Below, one piece after another: positions 24,801 to 39,800 of a stretch of 64,000 nt of DNA. Both the position numbers and the translations under genes were made by a program. The notes under the pieces are model-generated. The model was not told the origin of the DNA. It saw only the letters and a list, made by a program, of their open reading frames with translations, and searched no databases. Each line of letters starts with the position of its first letter. The first letter of the stretch is position 1. This stretch comes from Malacoraja senta. Lineage: Eukaryota. The stretch covers positions 5,270,001 to 5,334,000 of the forward strand of contig CM075979.1 of the NCBI GenBank assembly GCA_038087875.1, in the 5' to 3' direction.

Positions 24801-27800
24801 CTTCTTTGACTAAGGTAAAGAGATAAAAAGCAAATGCAAGTTACAAAGAGAATGGAATGAAAAAAATCAGGGCACAATCAAAAGAAAGTGAGCTCTCTTA
24901 TTGCTAACATCTTTTCAGAAAAGTAAATTCTCATGTATGATTACCTTTTTCTTCTCTTCCTCCGAAGCCTTTATATATCCTGGGCCTACGGACCAGGATT
25001 TATAGAAGTAATAGACACAACCTGTTATGCTGATAGCAAATGGAATCTGAAACTCTGAATAAGGCAAATGTAAGCTTGGTTAAGGAATTTTCAGTAGGTA
25101 ATATATTCTAATATGCAATAATTAGAAAACAAATATTTAAAAGCCATCAAGGATTTGCCCACAAATTTTAAAATTGATAAAGGACATTTAAATCATACAC
25201 ATAGGAAAAGCCAATCATCACTCACTACAACATACAGACGTATCAGACAAAACAAACAGCAAATCTATAATCAATACATTAAAAATCAAACAAAGTGATA
25301 TATTATTCACAGAAACATGATTGAGAAAACTATTGAAAATGAAATAATTTTAGAATAACAGTTTAAATTTAGTTTAAATGCAGTTCAGTACCAAATCTAT
25401 GATAGCATTATAAACAATGATTTTTTTTTCAATGCAAACCAAACATTTAGAGCCAGTGACCACAGATATCAGAGTTACCACACAGACATCAGCACGTGCA
25501 CAATTCAAACCAGGGTTGGACTGAGTCTTCCAATTAACAACTGGTAGTTTATTTTATTTATTATTGTCATGTGTATCGAGGTACAATGAAAAGCTTTTTT
25601 GTTGCATGCTATACAGTCATCGAAAATATTACACATAGTTACAAGCAAGCCGTCCAGTGTATTCTACCTAGCAATAGCAGATCATAGAATCACTGCAACA
25701 CAGGATGCCACACAACCCTTTGAGTTTATGCTGGGTGGCACATGGTGAGCCAGTGATCAATTCCAATTAACTGGTGAATACAATCCAATATTTTGTTTGA
25801 CTGCAGTCTAGTTAAATGAATACTGTTACTGGTCAAGCAAAACATGAGGTCTAGTTATGGGAAGAACTAAGTAAATTGAAGTCATTTGTAAAAGCGGTTC
25901 TTGCAGAAATGATACTTCTCTTGCAAGGATAAAATATATATTAATACTTAAATTACTTCTGTTCTTGCATAAGGGACACATAATTAAAATATCTAAAATA
26001 CCGCAAAAGTTTTGCTAAATAATAGGATAAATATAGAGAGCTTCAACAAATTCTTCCTCAAAGTGTGTCCTTGGCTAGGATCTGAATTAGGAGCTGAAGT
26101 TGGCCACTCAGCCCCTTATGCCTGTTCCAATGATATTCCTAATCTATTCTTTAATTTACTGGACGAGCGTTTTGACTGCAGAGCAGCATATATTGCCCAC
26201 TCCCAAATGCCCTCCGTCATGTGTTGTTGAAATGGTGTTTTCTTAAATCGCTCCCAGTGTAGAGAATTCTCAAAACTGTGCAAAGACATTATCCAAAAGT
26301 ACTGAAAGGAGGCAGACACTCTCCTACAGCTTAAAGGAATAGACAGTTCAGACCATTCCCTTGCATCTGAGATAGGATACGTGTAGAGGGATACGAGTCA
26401 TACGCAGGCAGGTGGGACTAGTGTAGATGGGGCAGGTTGGTCAATGTGGGCAAGTTGGGCTGAAGGGCCTGTTTCTACACTGTGTGACTATGACTATTTC
26501 TGGCAGCTGGGCCTGAGATGCATTTACTGACAGTTTGGAGCAGTGTCTCAGACCAAGGCATTGGAGACTCCAAAAACAGAGTAAAGCTGTTCAATTCTGT
26601 GATTAAATAACATCCGCAGCAGAACTCTGATCAGACCGTGGATCCGCAGGGACACAATGCATTACACATCTAGGCATGGACACACTTTTGAATATAATAT
26701 AGCAGTTGACTGAAATTAGTTTCAATCTGAGGTCACTCTTTTCACACCTGGATTAACAACACACCTGGATTTCACACCTGGATTAACAAAACACACCTGG
26801 ATTAACAAAAAGGATATCGGGCAAGAACCGTATGAACCATGTAATGATCATCCAAAAGACCGACGCTGATAAAAATGCCAATGGAATGTTGCTAAATGTC
26901 TGCACACTCACAAACCGTCTATGGAAGAAAACAAATATTAAACCATGAGTTATTGAATGTCAACTTTCTTCATCTTTTTCTGTCAGTGTTTTACTCTGCT
27001 CATGAAGGTGTCATACCCCTCCGTTGCACACACGTGCCTAATCTCAACCGTATGCTTTACTGTATCAGGTTTCTACAGCTATGCAGGATTGCTCATTCAG
27101 GGCTATGATAAGCTCAGGAAAATGCGCTTATTTTTCTTCCTAGCTTCTGCGAGTCGATTGGAAAATCTGTAGTTAACACAGATTAAGGATCAAACTTTGA
27201 ATTTGTTGTTCCATGTGGTTCAGCTGAACTGCCATGTTAGCAAGGAAGCATACACACAGATTAGTATATTTTTCTGTCCTGGTCCTCCTCCTTGGCCAGA
27301 GCGAGGCCCACCGTAAATTGGAGGAGCTGCACCTCATATTTCGCTTGGGTAGTTTATACCCCAGCGGTATGAACATTGACTTCTCCAATTTCAGGTAGTC
27401 CCTGGTTTCTCCTTCTTTCCCCTCCCCTTCCCAGCTCTCCCACAGCCCACTGTCTCCGCCCTTCCTTTCTTCTTCCCGCCCCCCCCCACCCCCACATCAG
27501 TCTGAAGAAGGGTCTCGACCCAAAACGTCACCAATTTCCATTGCTCCATAGATGCTGCCTCACCCGCTGAGTTTCTCCAGCATTTTTGTCTACCACAGAT
27601 TAGTATAGATAACCAATTTGAAAAGAACATTCTTTCACTAGTTTGTGCATTGCATAATTTAGCCATATTTTAAATATATCTCCTTTCAGATTAATATTGG
27701 AAAGAAACACAAGGCTACTCAGCCCTTCAACCTGCTCCACCCTTCATTAAGGTCATGGCTGATCTTCTGCCTCGGCTCAATTTTCCTGCACTATTTTGAC

Positions 27801-30800
27801 ATCCCTTGATTTTTTAAATATCAAAAAATCTAAACAACCCCAGTTTTGAATCAACTCAACAAGAGTGCTTCATCAACACTCCAGAGCAGGGAATCCGAAA
27901 GAATCATCAGTCACTCTGTAAAGGAATTTCTCCTCAATTCCATTCCAAGAAATTCATCCTTTAAATCCGAATCCTCTGTCCATGGAAATATCCTCCACCA
28001 CAAAGCAATATAGCAATGAGTCTCATCTGAATCTTCTACACCAGAGGCCGAGTCTATTTTATCTCTCTTTGGCAAATCCACCAACCTTGGATATGGATAG
28101 ATACTTTGAGGATCATATGATTAAGAAAATATGCTATAATCTTCATCTATATTGAACTGCTATTTGTTCCATTGTCAATAGCCATAATTGAAATAATAAT
28201 TGTAAAATTCAGATGGTCTCCTGACTCTGCAATACTTGAAGAAACACTGCCCTCTCCTGGTTACACAGTGACACAGAACCGATCAGCAAAGTGTACCGAG
28301 CAAAACATATTTCAAGTCCATATTGAAGCGGGGGCGGTACAGTGGTGCAGCGGCTGCCTCAGCACCAGAGTCCTGGGTCCAATCCTGACCTGGGGTGCTG
28401 TTTGTGCGGAGTTTGCTTGTTCTCCCTGTGACCACGTGGGCTTCTTCCAGTTTCCTCCAACATCCCGAAAGGCATACAGGATGTCCATCATTACCCCTTG
28501 TGTGTAGAGAGTGGGTAAGTGGAATAACGTAGAATTAACGTGAATGAGTGACCAATGGCCAGTGTGGACTCAATGGGCCTGAAGACATGTTTCCATGCTG
28601 TACCTCTAAACTAAAACTAAAACCCATGGTTTCAATATTAACAAATTTACAATTTCATCTGGTTTTGTTGATACCTTATAGGAGTCATTGCACTTCAGAG
28701 ATAACTTTCTATGATCGATCCTGATTAACATTTTACTATTTCAAGCTCCCAGTAATTTCTGGTGTCAGAATTAAGACCTGACAGCAATACACAATAACAT
28801 TCTTTTCCATTTATGCAAGCAAAATTAGAAGATGCTTATCTGAAAAACTTCCATAAAAATTGACAATCAAGTTTTTTTTAAGAGCCGCTGAAAGATGAGT
28901 TTCCCCATCACAAAAATCAAGAGGCTCCCGTTTCATTTGTAAACTTAAAATACTAGCTTGATTAAAATTGTTTTGTGGAAGATTTAGTTCATTGTTTTAT
29001 TCTGTACTTAATTTAGTACATTAAAATCATACTTTCAACAAGTCTTACAGATTAATTGAAGTCTACCAATTCAAGTCAATCATCAGATCATGTGATAAGG
29101 AGTAGAACTAGGCCATTTGGCCTATCAAGTCTACTCTGCCATTCAATCGTGGCTGACCTACCTCTCCCTCCAAACCCCATTCTTCTGCCTTCTCCCCATA
29201 ATCTGACACCCCTACAAATCAAGAAATATAAATATTATCCACTGACTTTGCCTCCAGTCACCTGTGGCAAAGAATTCCACAATATTCTCTTCCCAGGGTG
29301 GAATGATCCCGCATATATTGAAATATCACTGCTAATTATTTGTTTTACAAGCATCACTGTATGTGTGTGTGTAGCCCAAAACTATTTCATCAAAAATATA
29401 ACATTTAAATATATTTAAATTTCTTTTTTAAGCGGTTTTGTGAAGCCCATTACTTAAGAAACTGTGTCAATGTATCAAAAGAAAGCCAAGTTTAATTTTA
29501 ATTTTCTTTTGGGAAATATGATCCATTGTGAAATTACTTCTGATAGTTAAGTGCACAAAAGTAATTCACCAATTATGAATCAGTAGGCAAATGCATCAAT
29601 AAATGTTGGAAATTTTATCAGGGGATCCTGGATCCATCTCAGTTCATGCTTTACATAAGATTCCAAAGAAAGATCATTGATTCACAATGTTAACTGCTGT
29701 CTCATGTGCTGCAGATATTCATTATTTTACTTCATTCCAGCATCCAGCACCCAGTATTTCACATCAAAGTAGATTTCCCAGCTTCAAAATATATCAGCAA
29801 TACTTTAGAAACAAATCAATATCAAAAGCTTGAAATGGGTCATAACACTCAAAACGACAACAAACAAATAATTGTTATGAATGGATATGGTTTAAGTCTT
29901 AACCTTTCGGGTATTGCTTGGTGTTTCACAGCTTTTGTCCCACTACACTACCACGAAACATAAAGTTGGGTAACCATTGTATAGTTATGGATGGGTGTAT
30001 GGTAGGGAAATAAATTTAGGGCGGCACAGTGGTGCAGCGGTAGAGTTGCTGCCTTAGAGAGCCAGAGACTAGGGTTCAATCCTGACCACGAGTGCTGTCG
30101 GTCAGAGTTTGTACATTCTCCCTGGGACCGCGTGGGTTTTCCCCGGGTGCTCCAGTTACTACCCACACGCCAAAGACCTAGGTTATTTGGATTTGGTAAA
30201 GATTGTAAATTGTCCCTAATGTGTAGAATAGTGCTAGTCTACGTTGATCGCTGGGCGGCACAGACTTGGTCGGCTGAAGGGCCTGTTTCCACGCTATATC
30301 TCTAAAGTCTAAACAAGGAATGAATGCTGGAATGAATTAGCACCCACATCGTATTCCAGAAAAGAATGAATAAAAATGAAAGGACCATAAGAGAATTAAG
30401 ATACATGTGCAAACACAGACACCTACCTTACTACAAGCTGTATTATAAACCAAGTGGTAACAAACAATATTCCTTTCAGAAGCCAGGAGTCAGATTCCAT
30501 GTCTGCTATGTAGCCCGTCACCCATATCACTCCCACTGCCATCACAAATAACAGGAGAAGCTGCGGTTCAAAAAGACAAATCAGTCAACATTCTTCTTCT
30601 TTATATTTCGTTCTTCAGCATTCTAATGCACGACAGGCAAAGAAAGGAAGGGATTCTGATAAGGGGTCAGAGAGAACTGGTTTTATTAGTAAATGTTCCA
30701 TTCAGAGGGAGGGCGTTGCATTGGATCGAATTCTGGGGAATTTGAGTAGGGCAAGTGAAACAATGCCTTTTCATTTATTTATTCACAGGGTGTGAGCATC

Positions 30801-33800
30801 ACAGAAGGCCAACACCTCATAGTCCATCTCTAATTACCCTTCCTCTCAACATCCTACCAGATCATTTCAGTTACGAAAAATAAAAGTTAACCATGTTGCT
30901 GGTTCGAGAGTCACAAATAGGCCCTATAGGTGGTAACTACGAATCAGGCGGTGGCCATTTGGCCCATCAGGACAATGACAGCTTCTCGCAGAGCAATTTA
31001 ATCAGTCCCAGTCACCCCAGTCCTTACTCAACTGCAGGCTGGCAATTTATTCCTTCGAGTGCCTGTCAGGCCTTTCTTTATTCTTTTGCAACTTATCCAT
31101 ATGAATGTGGAATTTACAGGAGGAAATTGGAGACCCAGCAGAAAGAGATGCAGTCGTGGGGATGAATGTGCAAACTCCACATCAAGAGCACCCAGTCAGG
31201 ACTGAACATGGGGCTGTCTGGAGCAAAGTCTGTCCACTGCACTACAATATTTCTCGCATTTTTCGTCCTCACTGCATATTTCTAGCCTGCACAATATTTT
31301 AGTGTAGAAACGAACTGCAGATGTTGGTTAACACACCAAAGGACATTGCTGGAGCAATAAAACAACTTAGCACTATATAATCAAATACACTATAGAACAA
31401 TGCATTCCTAGAATCAAAACCCATTCACAAGAAAATACTCTTGATTGCCTACCTTGTACTTTTCAAAATTCTTGAGAAATTTTGTCATAAAATGACTTCT
31501 ACTTCTGTGCACATTTGCGTCAATCAAACAGCGGATGATCCAGGGATTTCTGTTTTGCTGGGCCAGCCCCAAAGGAGTTTCTCCCTGGAAACAATTTAGT
31601 AAATTTTAGTTTCACCAGTGAGAGGATAGGTTAGAACATTTTAAATTCTTCGTTAAAAATTATTCTTCAAAGTTCAGAAACATTAAGCTCAGAAGTATAT
31701 CAACATCCAACTGCAACGATTTGAGGATAAATTTAAGGAAACTAAACTTGCAACATTAGATCTTCTTAATCAGACAGCATAAAACTACATTCATTTTTAT
31801 TTTAAATTCAATGTAATTTCCTTGCTCTTTTCTTTTTACTCTGTTGGCTAAAAGGGAACATTAGGTTAGTTTCACTTCCCAGCTCGTGGCCCAGAGACCT
31901 GCTTGATCGCACCATGGCCCTGGTTCAGTAACTTGAATGCCCAGGGGGCTTCAGAAAGCAGGTAGACAACGCCCGGTCCATCAGCGGTACGGACCTCACC
32001 ACCACAGGAAGGCATTGTCACAAAAAGGCAGCTAATATCAAAGACCCACACCACCATGGTAATGCTCCCATCTTGGGACTACCAGTGAAAAGGTGGTACA
32101 GGAGCCCGAGAACAATGTCCTCCAGGTTTAAAAAATAGCTTCTTCCCAGTAACCATTAGGCTTCTGAACACTGCATAACATTAAACACAATACCACCTCA
32201 TCAACTCTGATCTACTTGTTTTGGCTGCACTGTGTACTTCGCTTTTACATTATTATAGTCTGGTTACATGGTATTATTAATTATTACTTTATTATATAAA
32301 TGATCATTGTCTATTTATGTGTTATTAATGGCCCTGTAAAGCTGCATCGAGCAATGATTTCATTGTTCCGTTGCCAGTAGGTTTGACTCTCAGACCTGAT
32401 GCAGGGCTTTGACCCAAAACGTCCATAGATGTTGCTCGACTCACTGAGTTCATCGATTATTTGTTACTTCCGAATAAAGGTTCATCTATTTAAGGTGTTG
32501 TTGAGGAAGAATTTCATGTCTCAGGATAATTAATTTTTAGAATTCTTTACTCCAGATCCACAGCCATTTAACGTATTCAATGTTAAGACAGGTAGACATT
32601 TAAACAGCAAAGGAAACCGCAGGTAATGGAAGGGAGCAGGGAAATTGTCCCCAAAACAATGATCTTATTGAAGGGTTCAGCAGACTCAAAGGATAAATTG
32701 CACTTGCTCCTCCCTCCCCCACCCCACCCCCCCCCCCCCCCGGGAGGGAATGCAGGGGTTACTAGAAATTAGAGATATCAAGCTTTTTTGTGTTGATCAG
32801 TGAAATGAGCCAAACTACTATGCACAACTGAATGTACTCATTGAATGATCTATGGATTCACATGCTGTACATTATCCACTTTCATCCATACTTGTGCTAC
32901 TATTGAAGGCAATCAGGAAAGCTTAATTAAAACAAAACTCAGTTGAATGTGTGATCGACTTAAATGCATCTTGACGAATATTACACAGAAGAGCTAGGTA
33001 CTCACCATTGCATTTTTAACTTCAACATTTGCACCAACAGTCAGCAGCACATTCACTGCTGCCACATTTCCCGACATTACTGCCCAGTGTAGAGGTGTGT
33101 TCTTGTGTAATTTGTCAACAGCATTTATTGAAGCATTTAATTTAATGAGAAACCTGGTAGGCTCTGGCCTGGATGAAAGAGAACATAACAACTGTAGTGC
33201 TGGTTAAATGTACCATTACACACATGCAAAGACATGCCATAAACATTCTACACTTACCCTATTATTTTGGAAGTTGCAAGCATTAACGGTGTCTGTCCGT
33301 TCACGTCAGCAGCATCCACGTCCTTAAACAACAGAAAACATCTCAAAAGTCAAGAGTGGTTTCTCGTCATATGTACCGAAAGGGAACATTGAATTTCTTA
33401 CATGCAGCAACACAACAGGTTTATAAACCTAGTACTCAATAGATAATATAAACGGACAGAAAAGTTCAATTAAAAAAACAATAGTGTAAAATAAGGCCAA
33501 AGTCTCCAGTGCATTCAAGGCAATTTGTAGTTCGGAGTTTAGTTGGAGTTTGCAGCATTCAATAGCTTGATGGTTGTTGGGAATTGTCATGTCTAATTTT
33601 AAAAAACGAATGTTTGATTTTAAGGCAATCAAGAAGTAGTTATTATATGTTTATAATATATATTATAATAATGCTCTGTCCTGTAAATTTCAATGGAGTC
33701 GTGCCATGTCCTGCCCTGTCCTATAAATTTCAAATATGGGTCATCCTCCTTTACAGGAAAGAGAGGAATACCATGTTAGTCTGAACATTCCATCTAAGGT

Positions 33801-36800
33801 GAAATTAAATTTGACAATTAACTTCAGGACTCTTCACAAAGTAATCAATGGATGACAATCCAGTACAAAACAAAGTTCAGTCTGTGAACCTTAGCTATGT
33901 GTAGGAAGGAACTGCAGATGCTGCTTTAAATCAAAGGTAGACACAAAATGCTGGAGTAACTCAGCAGGATAGGCAGCATCTCTGGAGAGAAGGAATGAAT
34001 GACGTTTCGGGTCGAGACCCTTCTTCAGACTGAGCTATGTTAGCTGTGTTATTGCAATGGAGTTCTGCAGCTTTTGAGGTTTGAGAAATTCCATCGCACA
34101 ACAATACTTTCAGTCCTCATGTCTCATACTGCTATGACTGAAATAGTAGTGACTGGGTGGGAACAGACATTTCATAACTGCATATGTGCACCAAAGCACA
34201 TTAACTTGAGGAAGAGCATGTAGATTAACTCAATACCTTTCCTACTGAAATAATGAAAGGCATTGATTTGAAATAAGGACAAACTGAACATACCTGACCT
34301 TTGGCTACAAGGTAAGCAATGATTGCCATTTGCTGGAATTGAACTGCAAGATGAAGACATGTGAATCCTTCCCTATCGACTAAGGAGGGGTCTGCTCCAT
34401 ACTTCATCAGTAGCACCATCATAGACAAGTGGCCTTGTCTGAAATAAAACAAAAGGACTTGAATATTGTTTTTAAAAATCCACTTTAACCTATTGATCTT
34501 TCAGCTGGCAAACAGTTCAGTATTTTTTGTTAACTGGAAAAAGGTTACATTTTATCTATTATAGATCCTCTGACACATCGTATGTTTTCATCATTGTGGT
34601 TTGAATATGAATGCAACTTCGAGCTACAGTTTACGTTGTAGCAGAAACCACATTTCCTTTATTAGAATATCCTGTTTGAGCTTTCACTTCTCACTCCTAC
34701 CATCTCAAACTGATGCACAGTTGCACAATTTTAGATTAGATATATTTTTGTGGAAACTTAAGTCTGCTTCTTCAGTACTATAGAAACATAGAAAATAGGT
34801 ACAGGAGGCCATTCGGCCCTTCGAGCCAGCACCGCCATTCATTGTGATCATGGCTGATCGTCCCCTATCAATAACCCGTGCCTGCCTTCTCCCCATATCC
34901 CTTGACTCCACTTGCCCCTAGAGCTCTATCTAACTCTCTCTTAAATCCTGAATGGGTTAGTGATGCCAAAGGAATTCATGTTTATAACATTTATTGGAGA
35001 GTACTGTTCACAGCAAAATGATGGATACATCCGTCCACTGTTCAATAAGTGAGGTTGGAAAAAAATAAAGCAAGAAATGGCTGCCCGGTGGCTTAGCGGG
35101 AGAGTTGCTGCTTACAGCACCGGAGATCCGGGTTCGATCCCAACTACGGGAGCTGTCTGTGTGAAGTGTGCACGTTCTCCCCGTGACGTTTCTCAGAGAT
35201 CTTCGGTTTCCTTCCACACTCCAACGACGTAGAGGTTTGTAGGTTAATTGGCTTGGTGTAAGTGTAAATTGTCCTGCGTGTGTAGGATAGTGTTAATGTT
35301 CGGGTATCGCTGGTTGGTGCGGATTCTGTGGCGAAGGGCCCGTTTCCATGCTGTACCTCTGAACTAAACTGGAACAAAAACACTGTCATGGTACTCCAGA
35401 ATCAATTCTCAGGGTTATGTGCAACCAAGACCAGAGTATAGAACACTGTACAAAACCATGAGGGGTAGATAGAGAAGGGGAATGCACACAGTACGTTTTC
35501 TGAGGTAAGATGAATGAAAACCTAGAGGGTGTTGTTTGAGGGGCAGGTATGTAAAAAGGAACCGGAGGTGCAATTTATTTCCCCTCACAGGTTGTGTGTA
35601 TATGGAATGAACTGCCAGATTAAGTGGTTGAGCCGTGTGCAGCGACAACAACAACATTTAATAGACATTTGGATAGGTACATGGATAGGAAAGGTTAAGA
35701 TGTCAAATGTGAGCAAATGGAACTAGTTTATTTGATCATCTTAGTTAATATGGACGAGTTGGCCCAAAAGGCATGTTTCCTGCTATATTACTTTACAACT
35801 TTGTATTTGTCATTTCGAAACAAGAAACGAAACCAACTCATTTATTTTTTGTAACACGGAAGAGATATATAAACAAACCAAGATTAAGAAGAATTTCATT
35901 AACAAGAGGAACTCAATTTCCAATTCCTATGATTACATCGCACAACACGATGTAATACAAGTACTGCTGATTAGGTTGAAACATTTTTAAATACTTGCAG
36001 TCAAACTTTAAGTAATAGTCAGCAAATTAAGATGTCTCCTGTCAAAAGATTATTATTTGCATCAGTATTCCAAATTCAGAGAATCATTGAATAGTTACAG
36101 CAGAGGCCAGTGTGCCCATCATGTTCAGACTGACTCCCCATCTCAGCCTTGCAAATTTTTCTTCACCGTTTATCTGTCCAATTCCCTCTCAACACGAACA
36201 TTTATGCTCTGTGCTCAAAGTTGGAAGATAGATGAATTCTAAAATGAATTCAATCAAAATGGTGAGATAAGAGATCAGAAGGTGACAGAAATAAATCTTT
36301 CCCACGTATATTTGGTAATGACATCTACTTTACAATACATTTTTAAAGCTTACGTTCAAATATTAAATATTTCTGGAACTCTACCTGGTCGCCCAGTGAA
36401 GAGCAGTTGAATTTAAATCTCCACCAAGCTGATCCACAATTGCACCTTTCGAAATATAGTAGCTGTAGATGGAGATGGGTACATTTAGTACAATATATGA
36501 ACAATGGTAAAGGGCCTGCCCCACGGGCATGCGGCAAGCGCGACCTAACCGGAAGCGGGGGCCGCGCGGAGGTTGAGTGATCCCCGTACAGGGCCTGTCC
36601 CACGAGCATGCGGCAAGCCCCACCAAACCGGAAGCGGGGGCCGTGCGGAGGTCGAGTGACGTCAAGACGGTGCGTATGGCGTCGAGGCGGTGCGCACGGC
36701 CTCGATGCGGCTGCGTACGGCGTCGAGGTGGTGCGCACGGCTGTCAATGCGACGCACACGGCCTCGATGCGGCAGGCCGTTGCCGCGCGTAATTTTTGAA

Positions 36801-39800
36801 CAATGTCACTTTTTCGGAGCCCCGCACGATGTCGGGACCAGCTCCGCACAACTCCATACGGCTCCGGCGATCGAAGTGGGACCGGCCCCGCGACCTCCGC
36901 ACGGCCCCCGCTTCCGGTTGGGTCGCGCTTGCCACATGGAGTTGCATGCCCGAGGGACAGGCCCTTAATGTTAATTTTTTTGGTGTATAATTTAAGAGTA
37001 CAAAAATAATAAAATATCTTACCTGACAAGCTCTGTTCGGTTATTGATAGCTGCCCAGTGAAGCAACGTCACATTTTCTTTGTCAGGCTGTCGGACATCA
37101 TAACCAGCTTCGATCAGCTCTTTACATCTGTCTATTATTCCATATCTGCAAAGTGTAAAATGCAATCTTAGAAAAAAATGGAGATAAAGCTGGACCACGA
37201 GTCTCCAAATTCAAAACTAAAATCCCGAGTAGCCCTTGTTTGGGCGCCTACAGGCGACTGCCAGGGACTAGTTTTAATCGAATTCACCTACGACTCCTGG
37301 CGACAACCCACGCCAGCACCTCCGTCAACCTCCAACATGCTGAAACTTTTGCGGCAGTCGCCTGTAGTCGCCCAAACAATCGCCTAAGTGGGACAGGCCC
37401 ATAAAGCTATCACATTTCAAATATCCTTTGTACCCTTCTCTTGATCTGTAGCTGGTATAACAAAAATAAATCAAATTATAACACATGCCAACAGAATTCA
37501 ATGAAAATGAACCCCTCATTGATATAAAAATCATGCTTTTATTGGATTTTTATTTTCATACCAACATCAGGCTTGATGCGATTGCACATGACATTTTGCA
37601 ATTTCTCAGATCATGTATACCCTCATTGTAACCTTCCCTCTTGTTTATTACCTCATGTTATCCAGTTTCAAACTCGATTCAACAAAGATCTTCCATCTTC
37701 TATATTTGCCATTTTATGCTTGCATATGGCTAGACATGCAAAAGCATTCACGGGTTTGAGTTTTTTCCTCAAGAGGGAAAGTAATTACATGAGATAGACA
37801 CAAAATGTTGAAGTAACTCAGCGGGTCATGCAGCATCTCAGGGGGGAAATGGAAAGGTGATGTTTTATCACCATTTTCTCTGGAGATGCTGCCTGAGCCG
37901 CTGAGTTACTCCAGCATTTTGTGTCTATCTTTGGTATAAACCAACATCTGCCATTCCTTGTTATTACAAGAACTTTGCAGCCAAGATAACCTCAAGAGTT
38001 GACATTTACATACCAGTTCATAGCAAATACCCACTCGAACTTACTGTGTGGCTCTTACAATGTCCCAATTACTATGATCTTCCATGAAGGCAAGATCACT
38101 GTGATGTTTATCTGGACTCGTGGCCTGACTCGAACTGTTATATTGCTCCTGGTGCTTTTGAGCTCCATGATATCCATGAGAACAATTGTGCTGACACTGT
38201 AAAAAAACATTAGTTTAATTACACCAAATGAGACAATGAATAAGTAAAAAAAAATCTTAGAGCAGCGTGAAAACAACTGATACTGCTGGCCGCAATATTA
38301 CAGTCGTAAGGAATCAAAGTATTATTTGCATTATAAAATGGAAGAGAAAGGCTGTGTAAATTACACTGGCTGAAAGTTATATGAGAATTGTCAAACTGTT
38401 TCTCCTCCTATTTCATATTCCCAGAATACTCTACATAAATTTCTTCCTTAATAAAAAGAGTAAACCCTGGAAATATTCACCAGGTTCCGGCAGTATCAGT
38501 GGAGAGAGAAACAGAGTAAACACTTTAGGTCAATGAGATTTCATCAGATCTCATTTGCACTCATTTCTCTTCTCAGCACAGATACATTTTCCAAAGCAAG
38601 GAAACAACAACAAAATATATATACAAGCGTGCAAATGCAGTTACTTGAAGCACTAATAAACAATAGATACGATGTGCACCAAAAAATAATGTAATTAAAA
38701 TCACCCATATTTGTTCTATTCAACCATCACTCACATGGTTATCCATTGTTGCAACCTGAGCCAGTAGTGTAATTAATCTGGTACTATAATTAGAGCATTG
38801 GCCTCCCAGGCAATATCCATACTCTCGAGTCCAGATAGATACAAGATACAAAGGATTTATTAGCCAAGTATGTAAGAACATACAAGGAATTTGATTTGCA
38901 ATACAGTCAATAAATAATAGGTGCAGGAGTAGGCCATTCGGCCCTTCAAGCCTGCACCGCCATTCAATGTGATCATGGCTGATCATCCACAATCAGTATC
39001 CTGTTCCTGCCTTCTCCCCATGTCCCCTGACTCCGCTATCTTTAAGAGCTCTATCTAACTCTCTCTTGAACGCATCCAGGAAACGGGCCTCCACCGCCTT
39101 CCGAGGCAGAGAATTCCACAAACTCTGTGTGAAAAAGTGTTTCCTCATCTCCATTCTAAATGGCTTACCATCTTAAAATGTGGCCCCTGGTTCTGGACTC
39201 CTCCAACATCAGGAACATGTTTCCTGCCTCTAGCATGTCCAAACCCTGAATAATCTTATATATTTCAATAAGATAACCTCTCATCCTTCTAAATTCCAGA
39301 GTATACAAGCCCAGCCGCTCCATTCTATCAACATATGACAATCCCGCCATCCCGGGAATTAACCTGGTGAACCTTACGCTGCACTCCCTCAATAGCAAGA
39401 ATATCCTTCTCAAACTTGGAGATCAAAACTGCATCCAATACTCCAGGTGTGGTCTCACTAGGGCCCTGTACAACTGCAGAAGGGCCTCTTTGCTCCTACA
39501 CTCAACTCCTTGTTATGAAGGTCAACGTGCCATTCACTTTTTTCACTGCTGCTGTACCTGCATGCTTACTTTCATTGACTGATGAACAAGGACCCCAGAT
39601 CCCGTTGTACTTCCTCTTTTCCCAATTTGATACCATTTAGATAGTAATCTGCCACCAGTTTTTGCCACCAAAGTGGATAACCTCAGATTTATCCACATTA
39701 AACTGCATCTGCCAAGCATCTGCCCACTCACCCTACCGGTCCAAGTCACCCTGCACCCTCATAGCATCCTCTTCACAGTTCATACTGCCACCCAGCTTTG

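Noticed and set aside
26743-26810. Repeat arrays as CRISPR-like
   Set aside because: Eukaryotic context and no unique spacers; simple tandem duplication.
36343-37029. 228-aa minus-strand ORF
   Set aside because: Runs through the GC-rich MITE in intron 3; not in the ZDHHC13 frame.
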